Notes under the pieces: generated by a model
Database searches by the model: none
Seen by the model: only the letters and a program-made list of their open reading frames with translations
What the model was told of the DNA's origin: nothing
Shown here: piece by piece, positions 8,237-15,392 of the stretch
Layout: every line of letters begins with the position of its first letter
Numbering within the stretch: position 1 is the first letter of the stretch
Translations under genes and position numbers: made by a program
From: Verrucomicrobiota bacterium
GTDB lineage: Bacteria > Verrucomicrobiota > Verrucomicrobiia > Chthoniobacterales > JAFAMB01
NCBI GenBank assembly: GCA_019233825.1
Contig: JAFAMB010000086.1
Span: 1-40,147 of the forward strand
Direction of reading: 5' to 3'
Length of the DNA: 40,147 nucleotides

Positions 8237-10153
8237 TTAATGCGTCGCCCCCATGGGAATGCCTAAATGCTCCGGCTGCGCGGTAGCGCCAACGTCTCCA
8301 AACCGAGCTGTGTCTCGCCGCAAGACCAGAGTCGCAGATCTGGTTTCGACGCCGTCCGGGGAAACGGCGACGATCGGGACTTCGAACTCGTTGTCTGGGA
8401 ATTTGAAATGGTACCGGAAAGTGCCATCCGGTTGGAGCTGAACGGGTCTGCCGGCGATGGTGACTTTTGCCTGCGGATCTGTGCCGCCATAGAAGATCAC
8501 CTCTGCGTTCACATGCATGAAGAACTTGCGCTCTGGTTGGCTAAAAGGCTGCGCACTCCAGCTGGCTCCGAATCCGCTGAAGAGACTGCTTTCGGAAACC
8601 AACTGGCTCCAACTTGAAAGGCCGAACTCCAAACCGCTCCAGCTTAGATTCCAGGCCGACAATTGCTCGGAGCCGAACGAGAACGAACTGACCGCAAGCG
8701 AACCGAAAGCGGTTTCCCAGCTGGAAGTGATCGCGCCCAGGCCAGCCTGCCAACTCGCGAGGGTTTCGCTGCTGAGGCTGTATGAGCTCAACGCGGTTTC
8801 CCAACTTGAGGTGACCTCGCTGAGACCGGCCTGCCAACTCGCCAGCACTTCACTGCTGAGAGCATACGAACTCAATGCGGATTCCCACTTCGCGAAAATC
8901 TCACTGACGCCAACCTGCCAGCTGGCGAGCGTTTCGCTGCTTAGGCCGTACGAGCTGATCACCTGTGCAAAGCTGCCGGTGACCTCGCTGAGACCGGCCT
9001 GCCAACTCGCCAGCACTTCGCTGCCGAGGCCCAGCGAACTGATGGCCTGTGCAAAGCTGCCGGTGATCTCGCTGAGACCAGCTTGCCAACTTGCCAGGAC
9101 TTCGCTGCTTAGACCGAGCGAGCTTACCGCCTGTTCCCATTTCGAAACGATCTCGCGAACCCCGGCCTGCCAGCTCGCGAGGGTCTCGCTGGCGCCCGCC
9201 AGAACTTCTGACGAGATGCCTCCGACTTCAGAGGATAAGCCGCCAAGTTGTGAGGAAACACCGCCGAGGCTGCTCAGGCTGCTCACCCCGCCCAGGCTGC
9301 TCACGCCACCGCTCGAAAGTTCCTGCCGAAGAAATTCACGGATCGAGCCGCTGAACAAGCTCGATTGTGCCGGCGCCAACAAAGAGGCCAAACGACCTTT
9401 AGCGAGAAGTTCACTCGCAGATTCGGAGTCCAGCTTACCACCGAGTTCGCCATGCAGAAATTCGAGTACTTCCTGCGAGCTCATCGAGAAGAGTCGATCG
9501 AGAAAATCTTTCCCCAACAGCGTTTCTAAAGTCTTAACCTGTTCAGCTCCCCAACTCGATGCACCCCCCGGACCGCTCAGCGCCCGCTGCTGCAACCGCG
9601 CTAAGGCTTCCGTCAAAGGCTGGCCGCCGGCTTGCGCAGCTGAGAGCACCTCGAGAAGAAAATTGAAGCTCAAATGGAATGGTACGGTGGCGAACTGAGT
9701 ATCCCAGTTGAGGCTGACCGATTCAGGAGGCGTGCTGGCCGGTCCGGCCTCGGTCACGCTTGTCCAGGTACCTTTCTCGTCCCGGTGGCCAAAAACAACG
9801 CTGTACGCTGTTCCGGCATATTGAACCGGGATATACCAATTACGCGCAATCTCGTTGATCTCGATTGTCGATTCGAGCTCGTCGTTTCGATAAACCTGGA
9901 GAAACAGTTTGCGCGGCGCGGGAAATTTTGAGTAATCCAAATCCCAATAAGTGAAAAGCCAATGCGGGTCTCGCGCGATGACAAACATCTCGCCATACCC
10001 GGAAGGCAATGCGCCTAAATCCTCAAACTTCAGCTTTTCAGTCGGTCCGCCAAGAGCGTGACCTTCGGATCCTTGTTCCTTGCTTTCTTCTGACAAGATT
10101 GGAGTGGATGCTATTCGAAAACCATTCTGTTTTTCCGCCGATTCTTTGCTCAT
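8237..10153 (-). CDS. DUF4912-like protein with a central 28-aa tandem-repeat region
   Basis: The N-terminal LPSGYGEMFVIARDPHWLFTYWDLD resembles the DUF4912 signature. The C-terminal block is FFMHVNAEVIFYGGTDPQAKVTIAGRPVQLQPDGTFRYHF...IVAVSPDGVETRS. The track start at 10159 is TTG; an ATG lies at 10153. Confidence 0.7.
   Translation of the reverse strand: MSKESAEKQNGFRIASTPILSEESKEQGSEGHALGGPTEKLKFEDLGALPSGYGEMFVIARDPHWLFTYWDLDYSKFPAPRKLFLQVYRNDELESTIEINEIARNWYIPVQYAGTAYSVVFGHRDEKGTWTSVTEAGPASTPPESVSLNWDTQFATVPFHLSFNFLLEVLSAAQAGGQPLTEALARLQQRALSGPGGASSWGAEQVKTLETLLGKDFLDRLFSMSSQEVLEFLHGELGGKLDSESASELLAKGRLASLLAPAQSSLFSGSIREFLRQELSSGGVSSLGGVSSLSSLGGVSSQLGGLSSEVGGISSEVLAGASETLASWQAGVREIVSKWEQAVSSLGLSSEVLASWQAGLSEITGSFAQAISSLGLGSEVLASWQAGLSEVTGSFAQVISSYGLSSETLASWQVGVSEIFAKWESALSSYALSSEVLASWQAGLSEVTSSWETALSSYSLSSETLASWQAGLGAITSSWETAFGSLAVSSFSFGSEQLSAWNLSWSGLEFGLSSWSQLVSESSLFSGFGASWSAQPFSQPERKFFMHVNAEVIFYGGTDPQAKVTIAGRPVQLQPDGTFRYHFKFPDNEFEVPIVAVSPDGVETRSATLVLRRDTARFGDVGATAQPEHLGIPMGATH
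8690..9211 (-). repeat. Six well-conserved in-frame 84-nt (28-aa) tandem repeats inside the DUF4912 gene, with consensus about SSEVLASWQAGLSEVTGSFAQAISSLGL
   Basis: The conserved Trp recurs at residues 330, 358, 386, 414, 442 and 470 (track numbering), exactly 28 aa apart. The flanks (nt 8546-9319 overall) are degenerate S/G/L-rich micro-repeats. Confidence 0.9.
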
Positions 10154-10245
10154 TTTCAAAACCCTCAGACTTTCCAGGGGCCTCGCAACCGCCTATGGTG
10201 GGCGAATTCTGACGAAATGCAAATGGTATTTGAGGGTCAGTGCAA

Positions 10246-10406
10246 GTGAAAACGCCGAGAGCGCCGAAAACGCGCGAGAACGCCGAAAACCTAGGGGAAC
10301 GGTTGAATGGCAGGCGCCAAATAATTAATGGCTAAGAGTAACAGCTCTGTGCTTTTTGTTTGGCATTGCCGGCCCCTTGCGTTCTCGGCGCTCTCGGCGT
10401 TTTCAC
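10246..10406. repeat. Inverted tandem 9-mer array: GARAACGCC units (10246-10291), a roughly 85-nt loop, and the complementary arm (10376-10406)
   Basis: GTGAAAACGCCGAGAGCGCCGAAAACGC matches the reverse complement of 10379-10406 at 27 of 28 positions. It lies between the stop of the 10421 gene and the start of the DUF4912 gene. Confidence 0.9.
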
Positions 10407-10420
10407 CGACACTGGCACTC

Positions 10421-11185
10421 CTATCGTTCCGTTCCCGATTTGCCAACCGCTTCGCTGATCGACGACTCCGTCGCAAGTAAACCTGAAAGATAGCCATTTC
10501 GGGGCGGTAACGAGGCGGAACGCTCTATGTTTTCCGGCCTCTCGAGGCGCGAAAAAATTGCAAAGGCGATGCGGGATCGGGGTACACTCTTTTCACCGTA
10601 GCCCAGAGGTTTGTTGCTCGACCAGAATCGGATCATTTCGACGCCATTTTGCTGCTCTCGGCCGAGGTAAATCACAGAGTGGCCATGCTCTCGCCTACCG
10701 ACTGCTTTGGTCCAAAAGATCTTCATGAAATCACCCGGTCTGGCTGCTTCGAAGGAGGTGAAATTAGGACCGAGCCCCAACTCGGTAAAGAGACAGGCTG
10801 TGCCCGGGCCATTCGCATTCCAGCGGCCCCAGACGCCGACGCCGTCCGGTTGCCCTTTGATCGCCAGTGTTTCGGCCAACCCGCCTGCGAGCGACGATTC
10901 AGGGACCATCAACTGAATTGCCCGAATGAAGACAAGATAAGTAGCCCCGGAGCAATAGGTGGTCCTGGCGGCAAATGGGTTCACCTGAAGTCTCCCTCCT
11001 GTGACCTGAACGGCAAACTGGAGGTCGCGCGTGGCGGCGTCGGTCGCGAGGTAACCGCCCCCGACCGGCATCGAATGGAGAAGCGAGAGAATAACATGGT
11101 TCGGGTCGCCGGGGAGAGGTACGTTCTGGGCGCAGGCTGGCGAGAAGACTAGCAGCAGGAGGCCGAAAGAAGACACACGGATCAT
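10421..11185 (-). CDS. Secreted hypothetical protein, possibly an NlpC/P60-like (papain-fold) hydrolase
   Basis: The signal-peptide-like start MIRVSSFGLLLLVFSPACAQ is at ATG 11185 (the track ORF extends to 11293). TTYCSGATYLVF (candidate Cys nucleophile), then ARPGDFMKIFW...EHGHSVIYLG (candidate His), match the order and spacing of NlpC/P60 enzymes. This is a motif-level call only. Confidence 0.4.
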   Translation of the reverse strand: MIRVSSFGLLLLVFSPACAQNVPLPGDPNHVILSLLHSMPVGGGYLATDAATRDLQFAVQVTGGRLQVNPFAARTTYCSGATYLVFIRAIQLMVPESSLAGGLAETLAIKGQPDGVGVWGRWNANGPGTACLFTELGLGPNFTSFEAARPGDFMKIFWTKAVGRREHGHSVIYLGREQQNGVEMIRFWSSNKPLGYGEKSVPRSRIAFAIFSRLERPENIERSASLPPRNGYLSGLLATESSISEAVGKSGTER

Positions 11186-11337
11186 AAAAACAGGTCCAGC
11201 CATTTGCGCGCGCGTTCGATGCGTCGAATGAAATCGGATGCTCCGTTCCGTGTGACGATCGACTTCTTTTCGGGGCTTTGGTTCCATCGCCATACCTCTG
11301 CTATGTTGGATTAGGAAACGCTACTGGCAACAACCAT

Positions 11338-11412
11338 CTGAAGCGTGCGCTCATGATTGAAGACGAGGCAAAGACCGGGACCTACCTTCGCAAGGGTCTC
11401 CAGGAAAACGGC
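11338..11412 (+). pseudogene. Remnant of the N-terminus of an OmpR/CusR-type response-regulator receiver domain
   Basis: The translation LKRALMIEDEAKTGTYLRKGLQENG closely resembles the start of CusR/CopR-like regulators (M.ILIVEDE.KTG.YL.KGL.E.G). The expected ATG position reads CTG. Similarity is lost after about 25 aa and a stop follows at 11470-11472. Confidence 0.35.
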
Positions 11413-11446
11413 TGTGCACCCTCGCTTGTTACCAATCCATTTTTGG

Positions 11447-11475
11447 TTGCAGTTTTCCCAACCCCGGAGTAGTGT
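11447..11475 (+). promoter_or_regulatory. Putative sigma-70-like lexA promoter (TTGCAG, 17 nt, TAGTGT)
   Basis: Hexamers at 11447-11452 and 11470-11475 with a 17-nt spacer. The -10 overlaps the left half of the LexA box. The promoter consensus for this lineage is not known to me. Confidence 0.3.
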
Positions 11476-11486
11476 TCGGTTGAACA
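11473..11486 (+). promoter_or_regulatory. LexA operator (SOS box) TGTTCGGTTGAACA
   Basis: A perfect TGTTC-N4-GAACA palindrome ends 3 nt before the lexA ATG. As I recall, this is the LexA-binding motif reported for Verrucomicrobia. I found only this one copy in the window by eye. Confidence 0.7.
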
Positions 11487-11489
11487 TCT

Positions 11490-12101
11490 ATGGCTGAACT
11501 TACCGCGCGGCAGCAGGAAGTCCTCGATTTCATTCGCCAGCAACAACGAAAAACAGGGTTTTCTCCTTCCAGTCGTGAAATTCAGGCTCACTTTGGGTTT
11601 CAGAGTCAAACCGCGGCGATGAATCATCTCAGAGCCTTGGAGAAAAAAGGTGTCATCAAACGGACACCGGGGAAGGCTCGTTCGACAGTCGATCCTCATT
11701 TCCGTTTTCTAGAGGGTCTTCACTCGATCCGGATTCTGGGCCAGATTCCGGCAGGTATGCCAATCGATGCCTCGGAACTATCGGGCGCCAGCCTGGCGGT
11801 CGATTTGGCAGCCTTCGGGGTACAGGGTCAGGCGGAAGTCTTCGCCGTCAAGGTTCGCGGAGATTCGATGATTGGCGCTCAAATCGCCGATGGCGACACG
11901 GTTATTCTGCAGAAGCGTCTGCCGAAGAATGGTGACATCGTAGCGGCGTTGATTGATGGGGAATCGACGCTGAAGCGCTATCTGCTCGACCATGGGGAGC
12001 CTTTTCTTCGAGCTGAGAATCCGTCCTATCCGGATCTTCTCCCGGCTGCCGAGCTCACGATCCAGGGAGTGATGATTGGCCTGCTCCGGAGAGTGGGTTA
12101 G
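11490..12101 (+). CDS. lexA: LexA repressor (S24 peptidase)
   Basis: 203 aa with an ATG start. The N-terminal winged-helix region reads LTARQQEVLDFIRQQQRKTGFSPSSREIQAHFGF. The catalytic region has VRGDSMIGAQIADGD (Ser) and ESTLKRY (Lys). Confidence 0.96.
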   Translation: MAELTARQQEVLDFIRQQQRKTGFSPSSREIQAHFGFQSQTAAMNHLRALEKKGVIKRTPGKARSTVDPHFRFLEGLHSIRILGQIPAGMPIDASELSGASLAVDLAAFGVQGQAEVFAVKVRGDSMIGAQIADGDTVILQKRLPKNGDIVAALIDGESTLKRYLLDHGEPFLRAENPSYPDLLPAAELTIQGVMIGLLRRVG

Positions 12102-12105
12102 GGGA

Positions 12106-12155
12106 GTGCCGGCACGCCGGTGCCAGTGTAGCGCCAGGGTGAGTGTCAGTGCAGG
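12106..12155. repeat. GTGYCRGT-type oligomer run immediately after the lexA stop
   Basis: GTGCCGGCACGCCGGTGCCAGTGTAGCGCCAGGGTGAGTGTCAGTGCAGG. It shares words (GTGTCAGTGC, GCCGGTGCC) with the run at 21664-21699 at the 3' end of opgH. Confidence 0.55.
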
Positions 12156-12336
12156 CTACTATTACTCTGTTAAGTAGTGGCGTCGATTTTCTCAGGGAAC
12201 GTGGCGTGGCAGTAGGGACAATGTCCGGTCGATCGCAGCAGCCAAGGCCGGATCGATTTCCGGATCTTCTCCAACGTCAGACCAGAAGTTTTTTTTGCCT
12301 TAGATAGATAAAGGCTGTTGCGAAAAGGGGTTATTC

Positions 12337-12480
12337 CTCGTGCTCGTGCTCGTCGTCGTGCTCGTGCTCGATGTGTTCGGCTTGTGGGGCGAAAAGGGAA
12401 TCCGCTCCGTAATGATTTTGTTCGACCGCTCTGATGGCGAGACATCTGCGTTCTCGAGCACGAGCACGAGCACGAGCACG
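12337..12480. repeat. Inverted tandem hexamer array: GTGCTC units (12337-12370), an 82-nt loop, and GAGCAC units (12453-12480)
   Basis: Read directly: CTCGTGCTCGTGCTCGTCGTCGTGCTCGTGCTCG on the left and CTCGAGCACGAGCACGAGCACGAGCACG on the right. The flanking GTTGCGAAA (about 12317-12325) and TTTCGCAAC (about 12500-12508) extend the inverted repeat. Confidence 0.9.
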
Positions 12481-12664
12481 AAAGGACAGCCTAGCCTATT
12501 TCGCAACGGGCACTAGTCTAGCTAGCCTGGCGACCAATTCCCTGACGACGACGAGAACACGAATAACGGTCGATGTGCTTGTTGTTCTGGTTTGGGAGCG
12601 CGCCTGCAGCGCTGTATCGCGGGGCGATCAATCCCGACTAGCGCGTTGCGCTAGCGAGAAGCCT

Positions 12665-12691
12665 CGTGTCGGCGTATCGGCGTGTCGGCGT
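12665..12691. repeat. Short one-armed TCGGCGTR run (3 units) just downstream of the GT-C gene stop
   Basis: GTGTCGGCGTATCGGCGTGTCGGCGTA. It uses the same unit as the arrays at 1-91 and 6301-6408. Confidence 0.7.
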
Positions 12692-12714
12692 AAAACATGC
12701 GCGCATGTAGCGAG

Positions 12715-14010
12715 TTATGAGGATACGCGCGTAGCGCGCGGGAGCGCGTCGCTACCGACCCGCAGTCCGAGCCGGGGAGCAAGCGTTGCGTCCAACTTCG
12801 CGGCGAACAAGGCGAGAAAACAGGCGGCGAAGAAAGGCTCGAACGGGAACGTGGAACCATACGGCACCCGGGTGTTCGGGTTTGGCATGTTGGTCCAAAT
12901 AAATGGGAGCACCTGGATGAAAGAGAAAAGCAACAGCAACCGGAATTCGGGTGGGCCATATTTAAGGGCTGTCCAAATCCCGGCAATACTCAAGAGGAAC
13001 AGGAACGGCAGTTTCTCCGCTCCAATGGGGAGCACTATGCAGACGTTGCTGAAGCCGTATATCAGCCGGTAAAGAACGTCCGGAAAATTATGGGTCGCCG
13101 CGTAGTCATGCCAGGAAAAGCTCGGGGCCCGTTCGCCGAAATCGTGAGCCAGATGGTAGGTATCCACCCATAAAAAGTTAGTTAAATAACCCGTGTACAG
13201 CGGATCCCTGAAATAGTATAGCCTTGGCAGCCAGGATGGGGTGGTGATAACAACTAGCAGCAGCACCGCGATCAGATAGTTAGGAAGCAGTCGAAGCACT
13301 TTTCTGGGAAAAAGCGGCTGCTCTTCTGCAGATCTTGGCGGCATCAGGATGTCGGCCAGAAATAATATAGAAAAATAGGCGGCAGCATCAAAGATGGCGC
13401 TCGGGCGTGTGAGGTAGGCCAACCCGATAAAAGCGGAACCAAGCAAAAGCCAGCCAGCCTTCCGCTCTTGCAAGTATTGCAGAAAAGCGATGATCATCCA
13501 TACGAGGAACAGAACATAAAGCGGTTCGGTTAGGAGCCTTTCACCTGCTAGCCGCCACATAAAGCGATTGGCAGCAACGCAGAATGCCGAGATCGCCGCT
13601 ACGGATGGACTTCGAAAAAAGCGAAGCACGCCATAGTAAACCGACCCGATCACGAGTGTCATCGCGACCACATTTACCGCTCCCAAATAAAACAGATTCC
13701 CGTTTCCCAGCTCGCTCGCGACCGCCAAAGCGAATGGGTAAAGCGGTTGGCGGTGAGGCACATCGCGAATGTAATCCATGGAAAAATTGCCTTTTAGAAA
13801 ACGTTGTGCGAAGGCCAGGTATTGACGTGAATCCGTCGACACCAATGTTTCTTTGCCCTGTGCAGCATGGAGGTCCATTGCCCAGATGTTCATGACCAGA
13901 TAGACAGAGGTCACAACAAAGTAGACTGCCATGAGTAGGCCGATAAAGCGGAACTGGCCAAGATCGCTTTTCTGTTGGCCTTGGCGGGCATTCGTCAGTT
14001 CGGACGCCAT
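12715..14010 (-). CDS. Polytopic membrane glycosyltransferase, GT-C fold (ArnT/PMT, family 39/83-like)
   Basis: 431 aa with an ATG start and about 10-12 hydrophobic segments. The first-loop motif reads STDSRQYLAFAQRFLKG...PHRQPLYPFALA, as in ArnT/PMT_2 enzymes. It is clustered with GT4 and GT9 genes. The last roughly 14 codons overlap a GGTAG...CGCGCTCCCGCGCG repeat-like sequence. Confidence 0.6.
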   Translation of the reverse strand: MASELTNARQGQQKSDLGQFRFIGLLMAVYFVVTSVYLVMNIWAMDLHAAQGKETLVSTDSRQYLAFAQRFLKGNFSMDYIRDVPHRQPLYPFALAVASELGNGNLFYLGAVNVVAMTLVIGSVYYGVLRFFRSPSVAAISAFCVAANRFMWRLAGERLLTEPLYVLFLVWMIIAFLQYLQERKAGWLLLGSAFIGLAYLTRPSAIFDAAAYFSILFLADILMPPRSAEEQPLFPRKVLRLLPNYLIAVLLLVVITTPSWLPRLYYFRDPLYTGYLTNFLWVDTYHLAHDFGERAPSFSWHDYAATHNFPDVLYRLIYGFSNVCIVLPIGAEKLPFLFLLSIAGIWTALKYGPPEFRLLLLFSFIQVLPFIWTNMPNPNTRVPYGSTFPFEPFFAACFLALFAAKLDATLAPRLGLRVGSDALPRATRVSS

Positions 14011-14066
14011 ATCATTCGAGTCACCGCAACCGGGATCAGGAAATGAGAAACCCGAAACGCTTCACC

Positions 14067-15260
14067 TCATTGCACTGGATGCAACCGCGGCGACTCAGCC
14101 GCTCGCGCCATCACCAACCGGTAGGCGGCCAGTACGCGGTCCTGGAAATGCCTCCAGGTGAACTGTTCCAGGACCCGTTTACGTCCAGCTGCGCCATACT
14201 TGCGAACCAACTCTGGGTGATCATATAAGAACTGAATCGCGGATGCCAGAGCGTCAGCGTCGTTGGGCGGAACGACGAGTCCGTTCACTCCGTCCACCAC
14301 TACGTCGCCGGCTTCCCGCGTTGTGATCTGCGCGAGAGCACAGGCCGCAGCTTCGTAGGTTGTTTTCGCGCTCCCTTCGAGAGAGGAGGGAAAGAGGTGA
14401 ACAGAACCTGCCCGAAAAACATTCTCGATATCCGTCCTGAAACCGAGCACCTTGACATTGGGCGGCAAGTCTACCAGATACGGCTTGATTTCTTCGTGGG
14501 GGTAACCGGCGAGCCAGAGTTCAGCCTTTGGCAGTTTAAGCTTCTTCCACGCCTCAACCAGGATATGCACGCCCTTTCGCTTGATCAAAGCGCCCACAAA
14601 AACCGCGCGAAAGAGCGGTGGCGGTGGGCCGGGTTGAAAACGGTTCACATCGACTCCTTGCGGCATGCTGTACAGCTTTTCGTTTGGAAATCCTAGTACC
14701 CGAAACGAGTCTGCTGCCTTCTCTGACTCTACCAGAAGCAGGTCTGCCAATTCGTACTCTTCTAAGGATTCCTGCCGGCGGATTAATAAGCGATTTAGCC
14801 AACGTTGGGGAATGGGAGCCTTTTCCATCGCGATCTCGTGTTGCGTTTTCGGTGGGAGCACTTTTCCTAGCTGCCGATGCCAGGTCGGAATCTCCAGAAT
14901 GGATGGAATCCCGAGTGATTTTGCCACTCGCAAGCCGCATAACGCCGAGCCGGACCAGACGTGGAAGAGATCAAAGCGGCCCGTCTTTAGAAACTGCGCG
15001 GCCACCCGATCGACAGCACGTTTCTTGGCTGCGTAATAATATTTCCGATCCAGATTCGATAAGAGCCGTACCGGGTGGAATCGCAGAGTTTTCATTTTGC
15101 GCCGATCGATATCCGGAGCTTGGACGCCATACGATATCGCCTTGCCCAAAAAGGGTTGGATACCCCGAATAGTTTCGTGGGCCACAAGGTCCAAACCAAC
15201 CCCGCCGATTCGCGCCGAGATCGCATAAAGGACGCTTTTTGGTAAATTTTCTTGAGACAT
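14067..15260 (-). CDS. Glycosyltransferase family 4 (Glycos_transf_1 type)
   Basis: The C-terminal domain has FVGALIKRKGVHILVEAW...LFPSSLEGSAKTTYEAAACALAQITTREAGDVVVDGVNGLVVPPND (E-x7-E region). The track start at 15272 is GTG; an ATG lies at 15260. Confidence 0.88.
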   Translation of the reverse strand: MSQENLPKSVLYAISARIGGVGLDLVAHETIRGIQPFLGKAISYGVQAPDIDRRKMKTLRFHPVRLLSNLDRKYYYAAKKRAVDRVAAQFLKTGRFDLFHVWSGSALCGLRVAKSLGIPSILEIPTWHRQLGKVLPPKTQHEIAMEKAPIPQRWLNRLLIRRQESLEEYELADLLLVESEKAADSFRVLGFPNEKLYSMPQGVDVNRFQPGPPPPLFRAVFVGALIKRKGVHILVEAWKKLKLPKAELWLAGYPHEEIKPYLVDLPPNVKVLGFRTDIENVFRAGSVHLFPSSLEGSAKTTYEAAACALAQITTREAGDVVVDGVNGLVVPPNDADALASAIQFLYDHPELVRKYGAAGRKRVLEQFTWRHFQDRVLAAYRLVMARAAESPRLHPVQ

Positions 15261-15322
15261 TGAAAAACGCACTTATGGAAAACCATAAGCTCTAACTCGG
15301 CAAATGGAAGTTTGCTCACGCG

Positions 15323-15377
15323 GCTAGCCCGCAATGAGCTCGTCGATTCTCCCAGCGCGTAATTTTTGCGGGCTAGC
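15323..15377. repeat. Perfect 12-bp inverted repeat GCTAGCCCGCAA / TTGCGGGCTAGC with a 31-nt loop, between the GT9 stop and the GT4 start
   Basis: Read directly (15323-15334 and 15366-15377). There is no U-tract in the transcribed (minus) direction, so it is not a canonical intrinsic terminator. Confidence 0.6.
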
Positions 15378-15392
15378 TGAACTGCTTTTTCG

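Noticed and set aside
8517-9698. A 393-aa ORF on the + strand, antisense to the DUF4912 gene.
   Set aside because: It is a shadow ORF created by the stop-free 84-nt repeats. Its product is low-complexity (SLRPACQLA repeats). The sense-strand protein has recognisable terminal domains.
7709-10153. The ferritin-like protein plus its large neighbour as an encapsulin/cargo pair.
   Set aside because: The neighbour has DUF4912-like ends and serine-rich repeats, not an HK97-fold shell protein of about 270 aa. The ferritin-like C-terminus is repeat-derived rather than a recognisable targeting peptide.
12170-12445. A 91-aa ORF on the minus strand in the lexA-downstream gap, ending GHCPYCHATFPEKIDATT.
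   Set aside because: It has no ATG. Its upstream half is read from the GTGCTC array (RARARRRARAR). At most it is a C-terminal relic of a zinc-ribbon gene, so I did not call it as a CDS.
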